IMG/VR virus record: IMGVR_UViG_3300002026_000015
Span: 1-64,000 of that record
Source: a virus
Reading direction: 5' to 3' (one strand)
Length of the DNA stretch: 64,000 bases
Numbering within the stretch: position 1 is the stretch's first letter; each line of letters begins with the position of its first letter. Below, piece after piece: positions 18,411 through 27,011 of this stretch. Under the pieces are notes generated by a model. That model saw nothing but the letters and a program-made list of their open reading frames with translations, searched no databases and was not told the DNA's origin. The translations under genes were made by a program, and so were the position numbers.

Positions 18411-19196
18411 ATGGTAGAAAATAATATGGGACTTGATAAAAATGAAATAAAATTATTAGAAAATATTTATGATGATAACATAATTTGGAATTGTGAAAGT
18501 TTCAACAAGCGTGATGGTAGATATAAAACAAGATTGAGATTTAAGAAGAATAATATCATTATTAATAGAAATACCTCAACGTGGAGACTTGAATCATCAT
18601 TAGGTAGAAAATTAAAAAACAAGGAATCATGGAGGCACAGAAACTTGTGATCATATAGATAATGATAAAACTAATGATAAGTTATCAAACTTAAAATTGT
18701 TAAAAATGAGATTATCATAAACATGTTAAATGATTATTATACCGATGGAATTGGTATAAATGAGCTGTCTAGAAAATATAACTACGATAGAAAAAGTATT
18801 GCCGCAATAATAACTTTCAAAACATATAGACACGTAAGTGCAGATTTTAGAAACAATCTTAAAATTTTAAGAGTAAACTGCACTAATAAAGTAATAAATG
18901 AAAATATCGCATTCAGAATACTATGTGCTTACAAATTTGAAGGTATGATTGTACGTGATATAAGTAAGAAATTTGGAATATCAAGACAATCTGTTACGGA
19001 TATAATTTATAATAGAACTTGGAAAACTGTACCTCGACCATTTTATATCACAATCGATGGAGTCTCAAGATTTATCAAAACTGGAGATGTAATTATTGTA
19101 AATGGTAAAGGTTATAAATTCACTGGAGATCTGCCAGATTATAGTCAGAATTCTACATATATCGATGGAGACCTATTGATAAAAGTTTCAGTATGA
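18411..19196 (+). pseudogene. degenerate HNH homing endonuclease with C-terminal HTH repeats
   Basis: HNH motif ETCDHIDNDKTNDKLSNL lies in the +1 frame at about 18640-18693 between ORFs 18411 and 18723; two frame breaks. Confidence 0.75.
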
Positions 19197-19237
19197 CGGT
19201 TTTTATAAACAAAATGGCGAGTTTACATTAGATAAGA

Positions 19238-19269
19238 GGTAGTAGGGAGAAATCCCTACTACTTTTTTT
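19238..19269 (+). terminator. intrinsic terminator
   Basis: GTAGTAGGGA-gaaa-TCCCTACTAC plus T tract. Confidence 0.8.
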
Positions 19270-19329
19270 ATAGATTTTGTTAAACAATTCATTGTTGAGA
19301 ATATAAATTTTATCCAAAGGATTTCGAAA

Positions 19330-19812
19330 ATGGTAACTGTAGGATTGATTAGAGAGCCTGGAAAGTTCATAAACGTTATAAGATTCTTCAATATTATTGA
19401 TAATCCTATTATGGAACTTGTGCTTGATATTGAAAAACTTGACGATATCTCCGCAATCCAGCATGTCTCGGATACAGAGATTTACTGTGAATTTGCCGTA
19501 ACTTATGGCGATAAATCAACAGTTATCAAAGTTTCCTATGATTCGGAAGAGTCTCTCAAAGAAAACATTCTGACTTTGGAAAATTTCTTTGTTCAGAAAA
19601 CCACAAAAGAATTGTATGATAACAGACAAGAATTCAATTATTCGATTGAAAAAGAATCCACTAATTACCTAGATCGGATACCATTGGAGAAATTGTTTGA
19701 ATCTGCTGGTATTATTCATATGGAAGATTTCCTAGCCAATTATAGATTTGGTAAAGATATCGTAACATCAAGAAGTTTATCCGAAAACCTACCTACTTGG
19801 TCGAATTGTTAA
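19330..19812 (+). CDS. hypothetical protein (late-type promoter)
   Basis: 160 aa; AACA-ATTCAT-TG at 19283-19294; terminator 19825-19855. Confidence 0.75.
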   Translation: MVTVGLIREPGKFINVIRFFNIIDNPIMELVLDIEKLDDISAIQHVSDTEIYCEFAVTYGDKSTVIKVSYDSEESLKENILTLENFFVQKTTKELYDNRQEFNYSIEKESTNYLDRIPLEKLFESAGIIHMEDFLANYRFGKDIVTSRSLSENLPTWSNC

Positions 19813-19918
19813 GAATAAATTGTGAGTGGAGAGAAATCTCCACTTTCTTTTTTTTCAAATATAGTATTTACATATATATTAACTATCGGTAATGTAAATA
19901 TTTAAGTTGGAGGAAATT

Positions 19919-20290
19919 ATGACATTGTTCAGAATTGAGTTTACACAGACAGATAGTCTGGTTTATCAAACTGATAAGTTTAGCGTCATTGTTAAAGCTA
20001 ATACTATTAACGGAGCATTCAAGAGATTTGACAAACTTACAAAGTATAAGTTTGTCGATTCTAATGTCACTATACTTAAAGTTAGTAGACGTAATCGTAT
20101 GAAATTTCATAGACAGCGTATAAATAAGATTTTAAACGAGACCGCGATTCTCAATAAGGCTATGAACGGAATTGCTAAACTCTTTGAAGATTTTGAAGAC
20201 GATGGAAGTAATCCTGGACTTACAGGGTATATGGGTTTTATAAAAGCATTTGATTTTCCAATAAACCCAATGTTAAATCGTTTTATTTAA
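19919..20290 (+). CDS. hypothetical protein (early)
   Basis: GGAGG RBS; early promoter near 19872. Confidence 0.7.
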   Translation: MTLFRIEFTQTDSLVYQTDKFSVIVKANTINGAFKRFDKLTKYKFVDSNVTILKVSRRNRMKFHRQRINKILNETAILNKAMNGIAKLFEDFEDDGSNPGLTGYMGFIKAFDFPINPMLNRFI

Positions 20291-20300
20291 AGGAGAAATT

Positions 20301-20792
20301 ATGAGTAAATTTATACCAGATCACCCCATAGCTAGACAGGGTAGTGCAAGATATGGGAGTTCTCCCGAGGCGTTGGTAGGTTTATTTGCAAGGTTGCAAG
20401 AATGTTTCGTTGAGGAAGAATTCGATTATGAATGTCACAATACGTTTCCCAACGATTCCGTGAGAAAGAATCTGTTCACTGAATCTGATCGTGATATAAG
20501 AAGATGGGACATTGGAACTTACATTACTGCGAAAACTGTCACGTATGATTCTGATATTCATGCTACACCAATTGATGTTATTAAAACAGATACCAAAACT
20601 ATTCGTGGGACTACTAATTACTCCGATATGTTTACAACAATATCTCTTGAAACTAATGTAGGGATGCGTAAAATATTGGTAATTGTTGATTCAGATAGTG
20701 GGAACTTCAACGTGATATTTGATAATGATACTTTCAAAAGTGCAGTTATCACATTCATATTCTTTAGACCTAAAAATAAGGACGATAAATAA
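20301..20792 (+). CDS. hypothetical protein
   Basis: 163 aa, AGGAG RBS. Confidence 0.75.
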   Translation: MSKFIPDHPIARQGSARYGSSPEALVGLFARLQECFVEEEFDYECHNTFPNDSVRKNLFTESDRDIRRWDIGTYITAKTVTYDSDIHATPIDVIKTDTKTIRGTTNYSDMFTTISLETNVGMRKILVIVDSDSGNFNVIFDNDTFKSAVITFIFFRPKNKDDK

Positions 20793-20794
20793 TT

Positions 20795-21118
20795 ATGAGT
20801 GAAGATAAAACATTTGATATGCAATCTTGCAAACCTGGCGATTTGTTATTATGCGAATCTGGTTGTGTTGTAAAATATGTTGGATATGGTGAGCATCCAC
20901 GATATAGATCTACTCCGTACAAGATAGAATACTTCAACGGAGAAGAAGGCACTAGGTCGATAAAAGGATTGGTAGATACAGGATTGTTTGGTTCTATGAC
21001 AAAACCTTTCAATATTGTCGGTAAAGCTCTTGCAGAAATTTGTCATGTCAAAGATCGATCAATGTTACCTAAACCAAGTTTCTGCAAAAAGTGTTCATTA
21101 AAGAAGGAAATATCATGA
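20795..21118 (+). CDS. hypothetical protein
   Basis: 107 aa operon gene. Confidence 0.7.
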   Translation: MSEDKTFDMQSCKPGDLLLCESGCVVKYVGYGEHPRYRSTPYKIEYFNGEEGTRSIKGLVDTGLFGSMTKPFNIVGKALAEICHVKDRSMLPKPSFCKKCSLKKEIS

Positions 21119-21294
21119 AATACTTATCTGAAGAAGAATTCGTACGAAAACAGTATGGTAATACTGAAGAAGATTACAGACGTGGTCATGAAGATCTTAC
21201 AAGGAAAATTATAATTCATCGTGATGAAGAAGCTCGCCGTGCAATATTTAGAGAAAACCTTGGAAAATTAGCAGGGAAGGTTTTAAATGCTTAA
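21115..21294 (+). CDS. small hypothetical protein
   Basis: AGGA RBS, ATGA overlap. Confidence 0.6.
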   Translation: MKYLSEEEFVRKQYGNTEEDYRRGHEDLTRKIIIHRDEEARRAIFRENLGKLAGKVLNA

Positions 21295-21574
21295 ATCTAT
21301 CGTTAAAGAAAAAACAATGATTGCGCTCGATAGAGAGACTGGAAAAATCGTAAATCATCAGAGAATCGTTGCAATCAATCCAAATGGTACAGTATATGGG
21401 ATATATGATACATATCGGTATACATTGGAAGATATATTCAACAATGATAAATCAGAAATGGATATGTATGAAGCGATTATTGAAGGTTATTGTAATCGAA
21501 AAAGTGTGACTTTGGTCAAAGGTTACATTTGGAGATATGAGCGTGACTTGAGAATTAAGGAAAAGAATACATAA
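21287..21574 (+). CDS. NUMOD1-like small protein
   Basis: C-terminal CNRKSVTLVKGYIWRYE resembles NUMOD1 repeats. Confidence 0.5.
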   Translation: MLKSIVKEKTMIALDRETGKIVNHQRIVAINPNGTVYGIYDTYRYTLEDIFNNDKSEMDMYEAIIEGYCNRKSVTLVKGYIWRYERDLRIKEKNT

Positions 21575-21594
21575 AATTAATCAGTGAGAAAATT

Positions 21595-22008
21595 ATGCCC
21601 TACGGAGATATAGTTGAATTTGAAGGAATTAAATACGAAAAGGCCCCACAAGAAGTTCCAGATTCTTGCCAAGGATGTCATATCCCGCATAGAGGAAATT
21701 TCGAATGCGCTGCAGGAAAATGTCTAACTGCGCCATACTCCTCAATTCTTAAATTTAAGAATCCGTCTGATGAATCTCGTGTAAATTCTCCAAATAAATG
21801 TGAAATCCAATTCAGATGTTTGGGAGAATCAAACGGTAGAATTGAATGCAGATTCTTCCAACCTAAACCGATATCTAACAAACCTGGTTATTTCGATTAT
21901 GGAACTTGTGTTGACATGATTAAGGATTGTAAGGAATGCGATTCAATATGGTGTAACAATACATTTGCTAAAACTGCTACAATGAAAGCTGTCTTCGATG
22001 TTAGTTGA
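21595..22008 (+). CDS. cysteine-rich hypothetical protein
   Basis: 137 aa, multiple Cys, SCQGC motif. Confidence 0.7.
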   Translation: MPYGDIVEFEGIKYEKAPQEVPDSCQGCHIPHRGNFECAAGKCLTAPYSSILKFKNPSDESRVNSPNKCEIQFRCLGESNGRIECRFFQPKPISNKPGYFDYGTCVDMIKDCKECDSIWCNNTFAKTATMKAVFDVS

Positions 22009-22246
22009 CAAATATTTAAAAGGTAAGAAAAATCTCAGTGAAAAGGTTATATCCGACGCTGAGAAAATTCTAAAATGTTTGTTAGAAGATAAAGACTATA
22101 GATTATACCGTTGCGTAACTTCTAATGATCAATGGTATGGATTATATGTGGCATATCGAGGAGAAGTTGTTATACAGACCGATTGGTATGACTCATCCGA
22201 AAGTGATCTTTTGAAAGGCATTTTCGAAGATAAATTTACATATTAA
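21998..22246 (+). CDS. hypothetical protein
   Basis: 82 aa operon gene. Confidence 0.6.
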   Translation: MLVDKYLKGKKNLSEKVISDAEKILKCLLEDKDYRLYRCVTSNDQWYGLYVAYRGEVVIQTDWYDSSESDLLKGIFEDKFTY

Positions 22247-22307
22247 TAAAAAAAAGTAACAAGGAGATTATAATGATTGAAATTACAACGCCCGTAAAGG
22301 ATAATAA

Positions 22308-22928
22308 ATGCAACATTTAGCAATAAACGATAGAAGTATAACTGAAATTAAAGGTCAATTCTCTGCAGGACATCTTCCTCAATTTTCCGAAAGAATCACT
22401 GCTCAATTCTCGTGTATACATTGCGGAAACCATATAATGTATGGTACAGCAGCTGAGCATTTATATGATAATGGGGATTATAAAGATTATTATATAAGAG
22501 AGTTAAGAGAACGTTACAATTCTCTTATCAGACTCATATACACTGAGTATGAGCTTAGTCCGGAAAAACTTCGCGATTTGATAAATATTGAAGCTCGGAA
22601 AAAATCCGAGTTTCATAAATTTGTTGATTGGGAATTATATTTGGCATCTTTAGTGTTTGATGTTAAAGTTCCCTCAGTATTTGAACTCGAATGTCCCCAT
22701 TGCAATAAACGTGGAGAATATCCATTTGATACAAGTAAGTATCACATTGTTGGACAGGGTGATATTATTAGAGAAAAAGCTGACAAATGTTTAAAAGAAT
22801 TTAACAATTTTACGAACTTTATCATAACCAATATCATCCAATATCCTGATTTTAAGTCCAACGTTCAGCGGGTTACAGAACAATATTTATTACTTCGTGA
22901 AGAATTTAAACGATCAAGGAAACAATAA
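22308..22928 (+). CDS. hypothetical protein with split zinc ribbon
   Basis: CIHC ... CPHC pairs. Confidence 0.7.
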   Translation: MQHLAINDRSITEIKGQFSAGHLPQFSERITAQFSCIHCGNHIMYGTAAEHLYDNGDYKDYYIRELRERYNSLIRLIYTEYELSPEKLRDLINIEARKKSEFHKFVDWELYLASLVFDVKVPSVFELECPHCNKRGEYPFDTSKYHIVGQGDIIREKADKCLKEFNNFTNFIITNIIQYPDFKSNVQRVTEQYLLLREEFKRSRKQ

Positions 22929-23473
22929 TGGAAAAGGCTATATTGAGACTTGATGATGGTATTGATAGTAGTGTCAGTAAAGGAAAAAATGTCCTTAATG
23001 ATCTAGGATTTAACCCGTATGATTTTGGAATGTCTCCTGAAGGATTTGAAATAACAGGATTAATTATAACTGATAAGATCACAAACTTCTCCAGATGTGT
23101 TGATAGAAATATCAAATTAATCGATGATCCTGTATCCGATATGCTAGTATGGAAATCGATAAATGTCAATGAACCATTCAGGATTGGCAATGATCTTCAG
23201 TTCGCGAAATTTAAACTATGTATAAACGTTGAAACAGGAGATTATTATTTCCGTGATATCGGAGAGTTCAACACTGTTAATGCGGTTTCGATAGTATTTG
23301 ACATTGTCAAAGTTAAACCGAAGGAAGAAAATATCGATCCTGACAATTACATTGAAGTTGTTCAACAACCATTTCATTGGAAAGCTTTCGGAATTATAAT
23401 GCTAATTATAAATTTCATTATGATATTTACACTTTTAGTAAACGCATTTACAACTTTTGTATTGAAAATTTAG
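22928..23473 (+). CDS. hypothetical protein with C-terminal TM helix
   Basis: TAATG overlap; hydrophobic C-terminus. Confidence 0.7.
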   Translation: MEKAILRLDDGIDSSVSKGKNVLNDLGFNPYDFGMSPEGFEITGLIITDKITNFSRCVDRNIKLIDDPVSDMLVWKSINVNEPFRIGNDLQFAKFKLCINVETGDYYFRDIGEFNTVNAVSIVFDIVKVKPKEENIDPDNYIEVVQQPFHWKAFGIIMLIINFIMIFTLLVNAFTTFVLKI

Positions 23474-23486
23474 CATAGGATTTATT

Positions 23487-23843
23487 ATGTCAGTTGGTAT
23501 AAAAACTTCCAAAGTTACTATGAAACTTGGGTCGACTGGAAATCTTTTAACCGAGTCTGGTCATGATTTTAGATCGTGGAAATTCTCAAAAATAATCTTA
23601 CCATTGTGTGCGAAAACGACTGATGAAGTTACAGTTAAGGAAATATCCACTAATTCTCACGACAACCCAACAAATACCTCTGTAAATGTGAAGGTAAATT
23701 TGTTATCTGATGGTGAACTATTGGAAGATATTTTTGCAATATATATAGAGGGCGGTGGATCTTACAGAGTCTCAACAAGTATGACAGGACATGTTGAAAG
23801 TATAACAATTGATTTTGAATTGGAGACTATACCATGTCAATGA
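23487..23843 (+). CDS. hypothetical protein
   Basis: 118 aa, AGGA RBS. Confidence 0.7.
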   Translation: MSVGIKTSKVTMKLGSTGNLLTESGHDFRSWKFSKIILPLCAKTTDEVTVKEISTNSHDNPTNTSVNVKVNLLSDGELLEDIFAIYIEGGGSYRVSTSMTGHVESITIDFELETIPCQ

Positions 23844-24217
23844 ATATAAAAGCTGTACAAGTGATGTTTGACAAAGATTTGCACGTATTCAATCCAGTTA
23901 CAGGCGCACTTTGTGAAATAACTGCGGCCAGTGTTGCGAAAATGTACAAGCCGACACTTGAATCGTATACATCAGATTGTGTAAGAGAAACTATTCTTCA
24001 ATCTAAGGATGTAAATGATCCAAGAATTCCGGATGTTATCGCAAAATGTGCCGAGGATTATAATGAAGTTTGTAAATTTGAAATCCTTGATGAATCAGTA
24101 TTGTTTGCAAATGCTAGCGTTGGAATACAAGATGAAGAATTCAAGAAGAAAAACATTATCAAAGAAGTTATCGGTATTGAATTTGATTTTGGGGAAGATA
24201 CTAGAATAAGAAGGTAA
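23834..24217 (+). CDS. hypothetical protein
   Basis: 127 aa, GGAG RBS. Confidence 0.7.
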   Translation: MSMNIKAVQVMFDKDLHVFNPVTGALCEITAASVAKMYKPTLESYTSDCVRETILQSKDVNDPRIPDVIAKCAEDYNEVCKFEILDESVLFANASVGIQDEEFKKKNIIKEVIGIEFDFGEDTRIRR

Positions 24218-24219
24218 GC

Positions 24220-24447
24220 ATGGCAACGATATTATTAAGGGCTGGTTCCGAAATACATTTGCAAAATCCGCACTTATCAATTATCAACCCATCGGACACT
24301 GAAAGTATAGATATTGACGGTGGAAATGGAGCTGTGTATAACATTCCTGCAGGGTGTAAATTTATGAAAGTACATAAGGTTTCATATAGTGGATATTGTA
24401 GACGTAAAATGTACATTTACAGATGTTTAAAAATTGAAACAATATAG
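24220..24447 (+). CDS. hypothetical protein
   Basis: 75 aa operon gene. Confidence 0.6.
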   Translation: MATILLRAGSEIHLQNPHLSIINPSDTESIDIDGGNGAVYNIPAGCKFMKVHKVSYSGYCRRKMYIYRCLKIETI

Positions 24448-24458
24448 GAGCGACAACC

Positions 24459-24776
24459 ATGGATTGGAATAGTAAAGTTGAGATTACTGTATAAACTCAG
24501 GTTGAGAAATCTATTTTTGAAATAATAATAGAAAACTTAAAACAGGTTCCAGTTAACAAAAATTATACAATGATGTACGACTACACAATAACCAATGATG
24601 ATAAGTTATTGATAGAATTGACCCCTACAATCTCTACAGAGTTTTATTCTCTAAGGTATTGTACAATATTTAAGGAATTATTGAAAAAGAAAAGATTTCG
24701 TAAAATAGATCTTCCCCCATATCCTATGCGGGCGGAATTGTTTAAATGTGAACGACTTAAATTTGAAACGAAGTAA
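24459..24776 (+). pseudogene. hypothetical gene interrupted by an in-frame TAA at codon 12
   Basis: AGGAG RBS and ATG 24459 are in frame with ORF 24570; single TAA at 24492-24494. Confidence 0.55.
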
Positions 24777-24864
24777 TTGTGGAAAAGTTATCGAAGATTC
24801 AAATATTTGCGATCGTAATGCAGATTATAGTTGGAATAATGATTGTTCAAAAGAAGGTATCATA

Positions 24865-25086
24865 ATGGAAGCTAATCTTTTCGATATTGTAGTTCTTCCG
24901 AAAATCGTTGAAAAAGCGAGATCTGTAAATCTTTCGGGAGATCCGGCACAAGATCTTAACACTGTAATTGGGATGATGGCAACATCGTTAAAGTTTATTA
25001 GAGACTATGACCTTACAAAGGAACAATCTCAAACTTTGGCAAATGTATCCTTAGCCGCTATGAAAGATATTGGTCTTGAAGTATAA
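24865..25086 (+). CDS. hypothetical protein
   Basis: GAAGG RBS before ATG 24865; terminator 25084-25115. Confidence 0.6.
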   Translation: MEANLFDIVVLPKIVEKARSVNLSGDPAQDLNTVIGMMATSLKFIRDYDLTKEQSQTLANVSLAAMKDIGLEV

Positions 25087-25115
25087 AAAGAGTGGGTTGA
25101 TTCCCACTCTTTTTA
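25084..25115 (+). terminator. intrinsic terminator
   Basis: TAAAAAGAGTGGG-ttgatt-CCCACTCTTTTTA. Confidence 0.8.
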
Positions 25116-25139
25116 TTATGTAATAATGAGAATGTTACG

Positions 25140-25422
25140 TCTATATTAAGTGATGATCAGGATATATAAATAAGGTTTCTTCTACAGCAGCAGGTATAAA
25201 GCCTGTTGCTGGGTTGGAACTGGTTCAGGAACTAACAATTCCTGGAGAACAGTTGTATTAGAACTTAAAGGAACTCTCCAGTTCGTTAAGTTCTAATAGG
25301 ACGTCATGAGCATGACGGTTATAAAAGGCTCATCTTCTCTCCCTGACTCAAGGGATTATATGTCATAAGCATGGGCTAGACACCGCAACTATCGGATATA
25401 GTTAGAGAAGAAAGGTTTCAGG
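25140..25422 (+). ncRNA. early promoter followed by a highly structured ~260-nt leader or ncRNA (unknown family)
   Basis: TCTATATTAAGTGATGA promoter; stems 25185-25211, 25218-25254, 25256-25298 (13 perfect bp) and 25333-25411. Confidence 0.55.
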
Positions 25423-25731
25423 ATGACCTATATCAACCTGACACCGCATGCTATCGTGCTTAACGATGGTCGCTCATTTCCAGCTTCAGGAACACTTGCA
25501 CGTGTTTCGGCTAGTTATAGCACCATTGTTGACGATGTATGTACTCAAGTTTACGGCGATGTTCAGGATCTTCCTGCTCCCGTAGATGGCGTACGTTACA
25601 TTGTAAGCGCACTTGTGCTTGGAGCTCTCAATGGATCACGTTCGGATGTAGTAGCACCAGCTACTGGTCATCCTGACACTGTCAGAAATGACAAGGGTCA
25701 CATTGTATCAGTTCCATCATTTGTGAACTAG
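25423..25731 (+). CDS. NLTPH-family protein, candidate Crn4-like ring nuclease/anti-CRISPR
   Basis: INLTPH, LPAP..GVRYIVS..V, R.DVVAP and VRNDKGHI motifs; family match recalled from memory. Confidence 0.6.
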   Translation: MTYINLTPHAIVLNDGRSFPASGTLARVSASYSTIVDDVCTQVYGDVQDLPAPVDGVRYIVSALVLGALNGSRSDVVAPATGHPDTVRNDKGHIVSVPSFVN

Positions 25732-25847
25732 CAATGCATGCGGAGGCGGAAGTAACTAACGAATACTTCTAAATGGGTAGTTAACAGAATGTGTGGTCGG
25801 CAATATCCCCGCCGTAATTCCACACACCTTTCATAAAGGAAAAAGTT

Positions 25848-25879
25848 AAGAGTGAGGATTAAGCCCACTCTTTTTTTTT
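25848..25879. terminator. bidirectional terminator
   Basis: AAGAGTG(A)GG-attaa-(G)CCCACTCTT plus T tract. Confidence 0.65.
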
Positions 25880-26126
25880 ATTCTTCAGTATCGGATTTAT
25901 TAGTTTTATTCTTCTCAGAGAATACTCCACTAATATATCCAGCTCCTACAGCTGCAAGTAAACTTTGGAATGCCAATACCCAATTAGGAGTCATTCCCTC
26001 AACTATAAGGTTAGATGTCATCCATCCAATTGATGAAAAGATTACAGTAATGTATGCAATACGCTTACTTGAAACTTTCCCACCTTGAGAAAATAATTCT
26101 AAAAACCATTGTTTCATGATGTCCAA
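25878..26126 (-). CDS. small 2-TM membrane protein, holin-like
   Basis: SSKR then two hydrophobic helices and a charged C-terminus; late operon. Confidence 0.55.
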   Translation of the reverse strand: MDIMKQWFLELFSQGGKVSSKRIAYITVIFSSIGWMTSNLIVEGMTPNWVLAFQSLLAAVGAGYISGVFSEKNKTNKSDTEE

Positions 26127-26138
26127 CTTTCTTTTAAA

Positions 26139-26411
26139 TTAACCGAAAATCATTAGAAATACAATCGAAGCAGTTGTAACCATGATAGGTGTACCAATAC
26201 ATATTATGAGTATACGAACCCAATGTTTAATAATAAATTCATAGGTATCGGTTATAATTTTATTTAACTTCTCTTTATCTGTAGAAATTACAAAGTTTGC
26301 TGAAAATATTGTGACAAAGTATCGTACTACAAATAGTACAAGTTTCGATAAGACTTTGAGAAATTTATTTTGTTTTTCAGGACCGGTATTCATTTCATAC
26401 TCTACGGTCAT
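26139..26411 (-). CDS. membrane protein (late)
   Basis: two hydrophobic segments; AAGGA RBS; AACA-TTTTAA-TG at 26436-26447. Confidence 0.65.
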   Translation of the reverse strand: MTVEYEMNTGPEKQNKFLKVLSKLVLFVVRYFVTIFSANFVISTDKEKLNKIITDTYEFIIKHWVRILIICIGTPIMVTTASIVFLMIFG

Positions 26412-26480
26412 AATAAGTCCTTCATTAAGTTTACACATTAAAATGTTTTAAAAGAAGTGTAATAATCAAACTTTGGAGTA

Positions 26481-26579
26481 TATATTAAGTTATGATAAAG
26501 ACGAATATGAGATAAGGTTTCTCATACTTCGCAAGATTTTTCTATGGTTCGAAAGTAACCAGGAATAGGATTTATTATG
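26481..26579 (+). repeat. conserved early promoter/structured leader, copy B
   Basis: about 90% identical to 4269-4365 with a compensatory base-pair change in the hairpin. Confidence 0.9.
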
Positions 26580-26966
26580 GAAGAAGTAGTAGTATTTGGA
26601 TCGACATATGAAGCTGTAAGCTCGTACGAAGGATACCTTAACAAATATTATTGCGTTAAGGTATCAGATGGAACGGTTATTCAATTCTCTTCTCAATCCG
26701 TAGATTTCTACGGTGACGAAGAAGAATCGATTGTTATAAACGGACTCCCGTACTCACGGGAGTCAAAGATTGTTAACGGGACTCAGGTCCTGCTGAACAT
26801 GGATGAACTCGATTTTGGAGTTCACCCATTAAATGGTCCGGAGTTCTTAACAAAACTTTCGGGCGAGATTGATCTGAGAACACTCAGATCAAACCCAAAG
26901 TCGGCAAAGTATGCCGACTTTGTGGAGGCGTATAAGCGCCTGATCGCAGATTTCAACATTCATTGA
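26577..26966 (+). CDS. hypothetical protein (single-gene early cassette)
   Basis: 129 aa after leader copy B; terminator 26968-27009. Confidence 0.8.
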   Translation: MEEVVVFGSTYEAVSSYEGYLNKYYCVKVSDGTVIQFSSQSVDFYGDEEESIVINGLPYSRESKIVNGTQVLLNMDELDFGVHPLNGPEFLTKLSGEIDLRTLRSNPKSAKYADFVEAYKRLIADFNIH

Positions 26967-26967
26967 T

Positions 26968-27009
26968 AAAGAAAGAAGGCGGATTAATCCGCCTTCTTTC
27001 TTTTTTTTT
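26968..27009. terminator. bidirectional terminator
   Basis: AAAGAAAGAAGGCGGA-tta(a)-TCCGCCTTCTTTCTTT. Confidence 0.85.
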
Positions 27010-27011
27010 AT

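Noticed and set aside
25380-25410. Group I intron P7-like words (CAACTA...GATATAGTT)
   Set aside because: The two halves are adjacent and form a simple hairpin; no P3-P6 core or interrupted gene was found.
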